A stretch of 64,000 nucleotides of DNA, taken from NCBI GenBank assembly GCA_030704615.1, contig CM060731.1, positions 54,808,001 through 54,872,000 of the forward strand, in the 5' to 3' direction. The position numbers and the translations under genes were made by a program. Within the stretch, counting starts at the first letter, position 1. Every line of letters begins with the position of its first letter. Positions 50,050-62,600 of this stretch are shown in pieces. Below the pieces are notes generated by a model. The model had not been told where the DNA came from. It was given only the letters and a program-made list of their open reading frames with translations, and searched no databases. This DNA is from Takakia lepidozioides (lineage: Eukaryota > Plantae > Bryophyta).

Positions 50050-52954
50050 CCCGAAGCTTTCTTGAATGGCCTGAAGGGGCGTTGCGCATTGTGAACCAAG
50101 GAGGCGATTCGGCACACGAAGGGCTCACCCCAAACAAGAGGGTATTTTTCTGCGTTCTTCATGCGTGTGAGAGCCTCCAAGCTCTTGAAAATGGCACAGA
50201 GGTACATGCTAACATCATCAAAGCTAGAATTGGGTCAGATATCATTCTAGAGACAGCCCATATGCTAAATGTAGAAGCGCGCAAAGTGTTTGACAATGTA
50301 GCTCAACAAGATGTGGTCTCTTGGAACGCCATGATCATGGGATATGCTCAGCATGGGTACGGTAGGGAGGCTCTGGAGATCTATGAGCAAATGATACTGG
50401 AAGGGGTGATACCCGACACCACATCTTGTTCAGCCTGCATATTGTTGAAAACTGCCTTTGCATCCTTAATGCACCCGCATTTGGCATACATGTCCACTAG
50501 GGCAATGTTCAGAATGACATCTGGTACAATTCCAGCTTTGACGATCTCATCATGGACCTCTTTCCCCTTTCTAGGGCTCCCAGGCTTTCACACGCATTGC
50601 AAATGCAAACGAACATGATGTGGTTGGGCTTCATCCCTTCGTGCATCATTTGCTCATAGGTCTCCAAAGCATTCGTACCACACCCCTGCTTGGTAATCCG
50701 TGATCAAAGATGGTTGAGGCATTTTGTTGAACACTTGGTGAGCATCCATGATGCTCCCGCACTTAACATACATGTTGACAAGGGTGTTGAGTAGAAAAAC
50801 ATTTGGCTAAATCCACTTTGGATAATGTGAGTGTACACCTGCTTTCTAGCTTCAAGGCCTTTCATCTTGATGCACTTATGTAAGAGACAGACATACGTAT
50901 CTGAATCTGCTGAAATGCCTCCTTGGTTTAAAGTCTCATCTTTCAGTCTGCCTGCCTCACAAAGCATCTTCACATGCCCAGAAGTGCCAGAAGAGGCATT
51001 GTGGACTCCCTCTCTTGATCCTCTTCTAGAAGCTGTGGTCATGGTTGAGGTGCTTGATGAGATGGAAAAACAGGGTGAAATAGGTCGAAGAAGAAGGTGC
51101 CCTCGCCACATTGTCCTTGACCTTGTGTCATGACCCATGGAGGATTTGACCGACCATGAAACACCCAACTCAACTTATCACACTAGTTTCTATGCTCAAT
51201 TGCATCTGCTACTCTGATAAGAGGAAAAAACAGGTTGAAATGTGTTGAAGAATGCCTGGACTAGTAGTTCCTGATCTGTTAGTCTGCCTTCCGCACAAAC
51301 ATGCCCAGAAGTGCTAGAAGAGGCATTGTGGACTCCCTCTCTCGATCCTCTTTCAGAAGCTGTGGTCATGGTTGAGGTGCCTGATTCAATCAACTGTGCC
51401 GCTGCAACTGCTGCCTTTAGTTGACCATCTACCCATGCAGGTTTATTGTAGCTATTGATCCACATGGAATCATAGGTCATCTGGAGCTTGAAGTCCAGCC
51501 CTCTTGGATGAATCTGTCCACCCACACACTATCCATGCTCTTTCAGCTATCCATGCCTCTGCACAAATCATACATACATCCTTGCCTTGCTACTATCAGC
51601 TGACAATGACAGCCTAGATTTGTTCTAAGAAACACCCAACTCAACTTATCACATTAGTTCCTATGCTCAATTGCATCTACTACTCTCTGTAATCCAACAG
51701 GCATTCACCTTTTTGCCTGCATTGTCCCACCATTGATTGGGGTCAAAAAAGTATTCATTCCACAGCTTCTCCTCGTCTCTGTTACTTGTTTTTGCATACT
51801 TCCCTGTTGTCACATTGGCAGTATCATGTCAAACTCACTCCAAACAGGGTGAACTGTGTTGAAGAAGGTGCCTTCATTAGCAGAGTAAACGTGACCCTTT
51901 CGGGTATCACCCCTTCCAGTATCATTTGCTCATAGATCTCCAAAGCCTCCCAACCATACCCATGCTGAGCATATCCCGTGATCATGGCTTCCAAGAGACC
52001 ACATCTTGTTGAATTACATTGTCAAACACTTTGCGCGCTTCTAAATTTAGCATACGGGCTATTTCCAGAATAGGTCAGAAAAGTATTCATTCCACAGCTT
52101 CTCCTCGTCTCTTTTACCTGTTTCTGCATACTTCCCTGTTGTCACATTGGCAGTATCATGTCAAACTCACTCCAAACATGGTGAAATGTGTTGAAGAAGG
52201 TGCCTTCATTAGCAGAGTAAACGTGACCCCGTCGAGCACGATGCTTGCAGGCTATGCACAGCAGGGAGGCTTTGGAGACCTATGAGCAAATGATGGGGGA
52301 AGGGGTGAAGCCCAACCACATCACGTTCCTTTGCGTTTGCAATGCGTGTACAAGCCTGGGAGCCCTGGAAAAGGGCAAAGAGGTCCATGATGACATTGTC
52401 AAATCTGGAATTCTACCATATGTCATTTTGAACACTGCCCTGGTGGACATGTATGCCAAATGTGGGTGCATTAAGGATGCAAAGGCAGTTTTGAAAGTTC
52501 AACAATATGCAGGCTGAACGAGATGTGGTGTCGTGGAGCGCGATGCTTGCAGGGTATGCACAGCAGGGACGTGGGGTGGAGGCTTTGGAGACCTATGAGC
52601 AAATGATGGGGGAAGGGGTGAAGCCCAACCACATCACGTTTGTGTGCGTTTGCAATGCATGCGCAAACCTGGCAGCTCTGGAAAAGGGCAAAGAGGCCCA
52701 TGGCGACATTGTCAGGGCTAGAATTGTACCTGATGTCAATCTGAACAATGTCCTCATGGACATGTATGCCAAATGTGGGAGCATTGAGGATGCAAAGGCA
52801 GTGTTCAACAATATGGCTGAATGAAATGTGGTGACGTGGACCGCAATGCTTGCAGGGTATGCACAGCAGGAGCCGGGACGAAGGCTTTGGAGACCTATGA
52901 GCAAATGATGATGGAAGGGGTGAAGCCCGACTACATCACATCTGTGGGTTTGCA
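50050..52954. pseudogene. Scrambled PPR fragments on both strands, interleaved with the ~550-bp repeat
   Basis: ARKVFD....DVVSWNAMIMGYAQHGYGREAL, TALVDMYAKCG.I.DAKAVF, and an N-terminal piece (LCEAGRLK...DSDTYVCLL); stops and frameshifts throughout. Confidence 0.85.
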
Positions 52955-53830
52955 CACTAGAAGAAAAATGCGGAATAACCACTGGCCCCCTTATCCACTC
53001 TTGTCTTTTACCACTCTATAAATCACTCCAAGTAATGGTAACCATTGGCCAATGGTTAATTCCGATGAAATGCCACGGTGGCATCATATGGAGTGGTTGG
53101 AAGTGGTTTCAACCACTGAGTAATCCACGTGTAATATTTAATTTTGTATTTATTATTCGACATTTGGTCAAATATTTATATTAATAATGATAATATCCGA
53201 CATGGACGGGTACAGTGATAAATTATGAGTGGTTAAAGACACCTCAGTGATGGGAAGTGGTTGAAATCTACTCCACGTGTAATATATATATATTTTTTAA
53301 AGATTTTTATCATTTCAAAATATATTATTCCACGTGGACGAGGATAATTTACGTAGATCTGGAGTGGTTAAAGACCCCCCCAGTGATTGATACCACTTGC
53401 ACAGTGGTGGAATGTGAGTGGTTAAGACCCTTTTGTAACTGGAACCACTCTTCAAGTAGGCACTTGTGAGTGGTTACATACACATGAGTGATTGGTACCA
53501 CTTTTGTGGTGGGTTGTGAGTGGTTGAAGACACCCGAGTGATGGGAGGTGATTGAAACCACTTGCTACTCCACGTGTAATAATTCAATTTTTATTTAAGA
53601 TTTATCATTTCGAAATATATTTTAATTATGAACTATATTATTCCACGTGGACAGGGACAGTATACGTAGATCTGGAGTGGTTAAAGACCCCCATTGATTG
53701 GTACCACTTTGAGAGTGGTGTAGAGTGAGTGGTTATAGACCATTTAGTAACTGGAACCACTCGCCCAGTGGTTACGCGTGAGTGATTACATACACACCAA
53801 TGATTGGTATTACTTCTGTGGTGATACATA
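52955..53830. mobile_element. CACTA-type left terminus and subterminal repeat region, inserted into PPR sequence
   Basis: CACTAGAAGAAAAATGCGGAATAACCAC begins exactly where the PPR codons break off; many GAGTGGTT/AACCACT motifs and a ~300-bp internal tandem duplication. Confidence 0.75.
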
Positions 53831-54116
53831 AAAAACTTTAGTGGTTTGTGTGTTGATGGAAAACCCAAAATCCATCCATCTATCGATACATTCATCCATC
53901 CAGTCATGAGTAGAGGGGACTTAGCGTTTTTTTTGTCTTCCCTGCCAATATGACATCTGTTTGTTTTCTTTGTGTCGAGTTTGATCGTGAGAGACAAACA
54001 GGACAGAGTTGTGTTTGTTTTTTTATAATGTCGAGTCTGATCATGAGAGACGACGGGCAGAGCTAGTGGGATAGGGGCAGACAGGGACTCAAGACCTAGA
54101 ATCGGGGCATGAAGGT

Positions 54117-55705
54117 GTGCACGATGGTGGGATAACCGCGATCGCAAGGTGTGGCTTTATCTCAATGTACAATGACGAGCGGAATCCAGTCCTTCCTACT
54201 GTGGTTGGAGAAGCTGATGAAGAAGAGATTTGTAGTGTCATTCCAAAATTGCGGGCGATGGGAGGAATGGCTGGATTCAAAAGTGAGTTGCGGGGAATTG
54301 ATTGGGAATCTTTGAAGCAGGTGCCTGTGAAGTTCTTGCCGGAGACTTTTGATGGCGATATCCTATTCGAGCTGCCTCCTCCTCCGCGAGTTGGAGGTGT
54401 AACAATCATGATGCATGGAATGGACAAGAAACACGACGGGCACCCGTGGTGCAGAACAAAAACATCCAATATTCAGAATGATGACAAGTTTGTTTTCAGG
54501 AGGACAGTTTGCAATGGACACCTTAGGTGTGATAATTTGAATTGTAGACACTTTCTTCAGTCTGGGGTTCATAATCAAAGCAAATGGGAGGGTCTGGCGG
54601 AAAATCCATTTCAGCCTGGGACTGCCCCTCCACCGGCAAACACTTTCGTCTGCAAATTCTGCAAACTTGTGCCATCCTGCTTGGCGCTCTGCGGAGCAAG
54701 AATGTACTATGTTGTCCACCGTTTGAAAACAATGACAAGAGCTTGTGTGCATTTCGGATTCCATAACCATCCTGTCTCGAAGGGGGATTACAGGGAGAGT
54801 GTTGAGACAGTATCGAGGTTGATTAAACATGAGTTCGGGAGAAACCCATCCGCAACAACATCTGCAATTGCTCTTGGCGCAAGCAAGTCCTTCTTGGAAA
54901 GCCATATTTTGAGTGAAGGGGATCTGTGGGGACTAAACTTGACGGTGCAGCATTGGACCTGGTCATGGATCATTTCTCCACTTTAAGTTCACCTAACATT
55001 CGGCATCAGATCAATGCATTGAGAATGGGCTCTGGGATCAGAGGCTACATAGACAACATTTTGGAATTGAAACGAGTGAGCAAGTACGATTACATCCAGG
55101 ACAATGTATTCCCATGTCAAGGTGTCATCAAAGTTTTCTTTTCAAAATGTCGACTGTTGGGGAGGGCAGTGGGGTTAGCCTCGTGAAGCGGATGCAGAAG
55201 ACTGGGGACTTGCAGAACTGTTTTCTTATGTTTGATTATGTGAAACGAGTGAAGGATTGGACAACAATGGCTTGTCATGTCTACGATCCAGTGTACCAAC
55301 GAGTTATGACAATTGCAGTTTGTGACATGCAATCCGAGGATACGGAATCCCAGAAGCTCATGTGGAATTCCCTGATACGTGTCATGGGCTGCCATGGGCT
55401 GCCATCTCCAAATTTCGCAGGTTTCATGGCGGATAGTGCTCAAGCAAATTTCAATGCTGTTCGTATTGTCTTCGGATCGGGCGACCCAAAAGTGCCTATG
55501 CCAGGAAGAGAGCGTACATGTCTATTCCATTGGACACAATCTCTGGAAAAACATACAAAGTCGGACATCAAACCAGAGATGCAGACTCAGCACCGTAAAT
55601 TGTGCAAAGAGTACAAAGATGCTAGAACAATGAAGGAGGCGGACACTTTGTTCCAGACAATTCGTGCCTGGTGGTTCTCTTCTGGAGCTGCATCACTTGA
55701 GAGGA
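54117..55705 (+). pseudogene. Mutator-like transposase with N-terminal GCM/WRKY-like zinc domain (frameshifted, 3'-truncated)
   Basis: C.GHLRC....C...CKFC....C...C...HFGFHNHP; DDE region LMFD, FMADSAQANFNAVR.VF and ERTCLFHW (CxxH). Confidence 0.7.
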
Positions 55706-56549
55706 GGTTTACTATTTCATGAGCAGAAACCATGAGCCATGAGCCGCATGAGCCGCATGAGCGGTGAGCCGAAGTCTAATTTACGTGGATTTCATGAGCG
55801 GACTCCTCCAAATTTGGAAATGCGGCAGATTAAACAAGTATTAAAATAATAATAATTTTTATTTGACCTTGCCGTTTTTGGACGTTCCAGATCATGTAAT
55901 GCGGCGAAGATATGTCGTCAGTAACAAGTCCGCTCATGGTTTTATAGATCCGCTCATGGAAATAAATGACCGTGCAACGGGAAATCCAGTATACCACTGC
56001 AAAAGGACGTCGCATACTGGCCTGTATAGAGTATTCCGCGGTTTTACATGCCTTAACATTGGAATGAAGCTGACCCTTTTGCCGCGATTGAACCAATGGA
56101 GTGTGCACCAATACAGTCTGCAGTACTTCACAATTTTGTCTTCTTCGGGTATTCGGTGGGAAAGGTTTGCAACTGAACTGGGAAATAAGGTGCCGCATTA
56201 GGGTTCGCACGTGCGAAATTTCGGAGCGGTTTGGTGTTGGCGAAGGCCGCCTCTACCAGTACCTACGACGATACTTGGAAATGCGGCGCCGCATTTCCTT
56301 GTCGGAGGTCGAATGAGGAAAGCAAGTTTTCGGAAAGCAGAAAAACATGAACCCTCCAACATACAAAAATACATGCACGTGGAAACAAGTGAACGATATA
56401 GTAATATCTTAGTTCGAGCAAAACATGTTACTGGTAGGCAAGACATATGTCGGACCTTTCTGTGGCCAGAGTCTGAGGTATTGGCAGCAGTACAGTTCTA
56501 CTATCCGAAAAGGATGGGCGTACCATTGTATTGGGACCGCAAGCCAAGC

Positions 56550-59500
56550 TCATTGGTCCCCTGGATCCATATTCAGAAGAGTGTGAACCTCCTGGGGGCT
56601 CAACCCTGGTGCATGTATGAAGTGATGAGTTGTGGAATTACAACGGAGTCTCTTTAGGTACACGTAGTACAAATGCTTGCAAGGGCAGTATAATGCCCCC
56701 TTGTTCGCCATGATCTGGAAGTCGGTGCAATTGCAGGTGGGTAATTCTGAAATGGTGATGGTGTACACCTCATTGCGAACAGCTGAGCCCGCCGTGGCCA
56801 TCTGATACACACGCCCGAATCCTGGTGGGGGCACTTCAGTCGAGCTCTGGATTGTACAGTTCATCCGAAGTGCATTCCCCATCCTTGTCTCGTTCACTTT
56901 TGAGGGAGGTCGCCGCCTCTTCGGTTTCCCCCAACGGTGTGTAGGATGCTTAGAGCTGTCGTGTCCCATTGTTCTTGCTCTCACAGGGGTCGGTGGTGGA
57001 GGCTGTCGAAGCGGAAATGGTTGTCTGGGGACGTCAGTGCGCTGCACCATCCGAAATCCTGCGGCGGTAAGGGCGTCGGCCTCAACCTGACTCAGATCGC
57101 AGCCTGGTTCCACCGGCCACACCGGGGGAGCCTCTGGCATTGTTTGTATGCCGTACTTGGGCTTTCCATACACGCAAGTCATAATGTCGTGCCTGCAGAA
57201 CCAGAACTGGGTGGTTGTCGCCTCTGCAAACTTTGCATGGACAAATCTTCCTGTAAAAGTAGGAGCAGGGACAGCCCCATCTGGATTCCTCCTTATCATC
57301 TCTAAACAATGTTGCCGTGTATCCACACGAATTGCGGAACACCTTCCTCGAAACGACGGCTTTGTGCGAGCAATTCTCCACTGTGATGCAGACACAGTCG
57401 TCTCCACAATGGCTTGGCCATACTGCATAACAGCGGGCGGAATCTGGGGCAAGGGAGCGGTGGGAATTTCTCGCACGAAATCCCTGGTTGAAGGCGACGG
57501 CGATCTGGAATTTCTTGGGCTTCCACTGCTGGAAGACACATTGTGCGGCAACATGACGGGACCTCGAGGTGCTGTCCGAATGTTCCTGTCGGATCTCCAG
57601 GAATCCTCTTCGCACCCGGGTTCCTCTTCAATCCTCCGCCTGACAGGGCGAGTCCGGACGTCCCCCTCTAGGTGTTCACCTCTGCGGTGCAGAGGCGTCC
57701 CTTTGATCTTCTCTCGCAATGCTGTCGCCCATTTCACTGGATTCTTGGACCTCGAAGCTGTTCGTACCAACAATTCCTCCCTGTCCGGCCCAAAGCCCCA
57801 TTGTTTGCCGCTCAGGAACTTGTAGTACGTGGCTTGCTGCATGATTGCTCTGTCGATGTCCTCCGTTGTGGCCGTCACTACGTCCACCAGATGTGCGGCA
57901 GAAGACGCTCGCCAGGAGGAGTGGACCGATTCTGCCATATTCGTGTTCGGCATGTCCGTGTTGGAATCCAAGCACCGCTCCTAGAAGGACACAAACAATG
58001 GTGAGGGACCAATCAAAATGTCCGTAACAGAAAGACAAATGAACGAAAATGACAGCAGCCTACCTCCCGCATGTACTGTCCGAACTGTCGATACCGAAAA
58101 TGCCACCACCCAACCAGCTGTGCAATGCTCCCAGATTGGTTGTCTCCACTACACCTGACGTGTTCCACCAACCCTCGATGAAAGCAAACTTAACCTCCGC
58201 GTCATCAAATGTGGGTACATCCTTCCACGCTGTACAAAGGACACGGTGTTCAGCCTGGAATGAGCTAGCAACAAATTTGGTAGTGTAGTGGGATAGACTC
58301 TGCATCCAATGGAATCCACAGGATCTCTCTTTCCCCTCCATTGGAACATTGGGGTCCTCACCGTACACACGCCGCACCGCTGCCCAGTTGGCCTGAGCGT
58401 TGTCTGCCATGAATCCCCTGAAATTGGGCTCTAGCAATCCCGCCCTTGCCATCTGCTCGTTTATGCCCTCCCACAGATGCATCTCGGACTGTGTGTCCTC
58501 CCCTTTCATCTCGCAGATTGCAATCGTCATGAGCCTCTTGGAGTGATAGTCATAAACATGTGCACCCATAGTCACCCACTGATGGTTTGTAATTCGCTTG
58601 ATGTGATCAAACATCACCCAAGCATTCGACAAGTTTCCAGTTGTCATGCGAGTGACCAAGTCGACTCCACTCCCAGGCCCACACGTCGACATTTTGAAAA
58701 TGTAACAACGATCGGATTCGCTGCCTTGCCCTGGAAACCTGCTACCTTGGATGTAGTCATATCCAGTCATTCGTTTCACCTCCAGGATTGAGTACATGTC
58801 CGACCCCCTGCCGAACTCCTGCTTGCAAGATACGATGTGATTCCGCACATTCGGACTACAAACGTGCGAGACGGACTCCAAGAGGTCACGCATCTCGTCT
58901 TCGGGCAAGGGCTCTCGGTCGGAACCATCTTCAGACATGATTTTGCCAAGAGCAATCTTGTGGGCTGCCTTCAGCTGAATCTGCTTTGGTCTGGCTCCGG
59001 GGCTCAATTTCACCTCCTCTTTTATGATGTCGTGTGCTTCCTGCACAGCCTCCCGCATGTTGCCTCTCGCCAAGGGGTGGCAGTGGACCCCAACGTGTAT
59101 GCAAGCTCTAGTCAAGTCCGGGAGCAAATGGATTACGTAATATTGCTTGGCTCTGCACATGGACATGCACGTCGGTGGTTCTTTGCAATGTGCACACTTG
59201 AAAGAACCCGCAGGAGCTTGGCTAGAGACAATGAATGGATGATGCGTTGTGCCAGTCCAATCCGTCTCGTTTCTCCGCCCTCCTTTGGAGAGAAAGTGGA
59301 AGCAGGCGGGATTGAGGCACCTCAGCTTCCCCGCACAGAGGACATATCGTACACGAACACCATCAGCAATTTTCGTGCTACTGGTCTTCGTCACACACCA
59401 GGGGTGTCCGTCATGCTTTTCGATCCATGTCTGTTAACATCCCGGAGGCTTTGTTTGACGAAGAAACAGGTGGAAACTCAAAGATGACATTGCCATCGAC

Positions 59501-59680
59501 TTTGGGAGGCAGAAACGTTACCTTTCTGACTGGGAATTTGGCATAGTTGAGAGCAGCCAGCTCGGAGCGAGAACCATCGAGGTGATGTTGTCGTAGGAGC
59601 TGCACAATGGACCGGGTTGGAGTTATGCTAGAGGGCACATGCGTAGCACCTACAGAGACGTCCATGCCGGATTTGAACGA
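56550..59680 (-). pseudogene. Second, divergent GCM-Mutator-SWIM transposase; intron 57981-58063; frameshifted
   Basis: CAGKLRC....C...CAHC...HVGVHCHP, VMFDH, FMADNAQA, CGFH, then NTNMAES after a GT-AG intron, and a C-terminal SWIM finger CNCTDF...CKH. Confidence 0.75.
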
Positions 59681-62600
59681 CCTCCACCTCGTACTCAGGT
59701 TCATTTTCATGATCCAACAGCATAGGTGGTGGACGCAACACTTGATGCCGATTCGGACGCGCTTCATCTTTGAAGTAAGGCTTCAAAAGGGAGACATGGA
59801 ATACTGGGTGTACCTTGTTGTTTGCCGGCAGCTCCAATTCATACACATCCTCATTCATAACCTTCCGAATGCGAAAGGGTCCCGCATACGGAGGTACGAA
59901 CTTCGGACTCACTTCCGGAGGTAGTCGGAAATTCTTGATGTTCAACCAGACCTCTGTGCCTGCCTCAAACTTCACTTCCCTCCGCTTCCGATTCGCCTGC
60001 CTTTCATACCGTTTCCTAGCTTTGGCAATATTGTACTTTGCGAGCTTCAACAAACGCTCGCGTTCTTCCAGTACCGCCGCTACTGCTGGTTCCTCAACGT
60101 CCTGGGCGGCCCAACTTGTCGGCACAAGAGGTGCTTTTCCATAGACCAATACGAAAGGGGAAACTCCCGTTGCGGAGTGTTCTGTGTTATTATAACAGAA
60201 CTCTGCCGCGTCTAAGTGTTACATCCAGTCTGATTGGTCTGCCGACACGTAATTCCGCAAGAATTGCTTCACTACGGAATTCACTCTTTCTGTTTGGCCG
60301 TCCGTCGTAGGTCGGAAGGCGGTGCTCATCTTCAGCCTCGTCCCCATCTTCTTCCAAAGTGTCCTCCAAAATTTACTCGTAAACTTTGGATCGCGATCCG
60401 AGACAATATCCTTCGGGACTCCATGATGCTTTAAGACGTGGGCGAAGTAAAGTCGCCCTGTCTCCTGCGCCGTTGCCGTCTCTTTGGTGGGGATGAAATG
60501 GCCCATTTTACTGAACCTATCCACCACCACCATGATTGCATCGAATCCTTTTGACAGCGGCATAGCAGTCATGAAATCCATCGAGACGCTTTCCCAAGTC
60601 CCCTCTGGAATCGGCAAGGGTTGTAACAGCCCCACTTGCTTTTTGTACTCGCTCCGGTTTTGTTGGCATGTGGTGCATGTCTTGACATACTCCTCTGCCT
60701 CCTCCCTCAGTTTGGGCTAGAAATACTCTTTCTTCAAGAGTGCCGCAGTGCGCTTGGCTCCGCCGTGGCCCACAAGCGGGCTATCAGGGCATTCTCTCAA
60801 GAGGCTATCTCTGATCCCTCCCTTTGGCACGTAGAGACGTTTTTGCTTATACCGGAGCAGTCCATTTTGCAAGTGGAACTGCGATTTAACCCCCATCCTC
60901 AAGTCCTGCATCACGGACTTCGCCAGCTCATCCTTCCGGTAAGCCTTCCGGATCTTCCTTTGGAGCGCCGTCTCGCCCTTGTACACCAACAAGAGCTGCT
61001 GCTTTCTACTTAAAGCATCGGCCACCACGTTGTCTCGTCCCGGTTTGTACTTGATATCCACGTCGAACACCGCCAAAGTATCTTGCCACCTAAGTTGTTT
61101 TGGGGACAACTTGGGCTGCGTGGCAAAATACTTCACCGTGACATTGTCCGTGAACACCTTCACTGGGTTGGAACCAACATAGTGGCGCCAAAGCTCAAGA
61201 CAGTGCACCACCGCCTTCATCTCTTTTTCGTGCGTCGGCCACCGTCGCTCCACTTCATTTAGTTTCTTACTTTCGTAAGCCACTGGACGTCCATCTTGCA
61301 TAAGTACACCCCCAATCGCGAAGTCCGATGCATCTGTATGAATCTCAAACGGACGATCGAACTCCGGGATTTTCAAGACTAGAGCTTCCGTCATCCGCTG
61401 CTTCAATTCAGCAAAAGCTTGGCCACAAAATGTGTTCCATACCCAGACTTTGGATTTACATAGAAGGTCCGACAGCGGCCCCGCGATCTTGGCGAAATTT
61501 CTCACATACTTCCGGTAATAGGAGGCGAGTCCTAGGAAGGATCGCACTCCCAGGACCGAAGTCGGAGGCTCCCAGTCCAAGATCGCCCTCACCTTTCTGT
61601 CATCCATTTTGATCCCATCCTGTGTAATCACATGCCCCAAGAACTCTACTTTCGTGACCCCGAATTCGCACTTTGAAGCTTTGGCATACAACTTCCCTTC
61701 CCGCAATTTTTGGAACACCCTTTTGAGGTGCTCCAGGTGCTCCTCCTTTGTTTTCGAGTACACCAAGATGTCGTCGATGTACACGATCACAAAGTCATCC
61801 AACCACTCCTGGAAAAGGCTGTTCATCAGCGTGCTAAAAGTCGTTGGTGCATTGGTGAGCCCAAAAGGCATCACCAAGAACTCATATGAACCATACCTTG
61901 TCCTGCACGCGGTCTTCTCCTCATCTCCTTCCGCCACCCGAATTTGGTGATAGCCGGAGCGCTAGTCGATCCGGCTGAAATACTTCGCTCCTGCCAACCG
62001 ATCGAAGAGGTCGTCGATCCTTGGCAAAGGGTACCGGTTTTTGATAGTCACCTTATTCAGAGCCTTGTAATCGACACACATCCGCAGCGTCCCATCCTTC
62101 TTGTCTGCAAATAGCACCGGGGCTCCGTAAGGTGACTTACTCGGCCGGATGTACCCCTTTGACATTAGATCCTTGAGCTGAGTCTTCAGCTCGACCAACT
62201 CTCTGTGGCTCAACCGGTAGGGCGCCTTGGCAGGCGGTTCCGATCCGGGTATCACCTCAATCTTGTGGTCAACTCCTCTTCGCGGTGGCAAGCCGCTTGG
62301 TAAATCCTCCGGCATCACATCCTGGTATTTCTCCAAAATCCCCTTGATCCAATCTGGGCTCGGCTCCCCATCGCCTTCTCCCTTCGCTTCTCTAATGTAA
62401 AGCAAGAACTGGGGTTCGTGTGCCTCCTCCATGGCCCACTCCTTTGCTGACAGAAGGTTTATTCGCCCTCCCACGGATTTGGGCGTTTCCGACACTCGTA
62501 AAACCTCGCCACCATTCCCACATGGCAGCGTGACTACTCTCTTGTGGCCATCTATGACCGCTCCGGATTTGCTCAAAAAGGTCATCCCTAAAATGAGATC

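Noticed and set aside
11431-52955. One large CACTA element between the two matching termini
   Set aside because: The termini face outward (right end first, left end later), so they belong to two separate copies.
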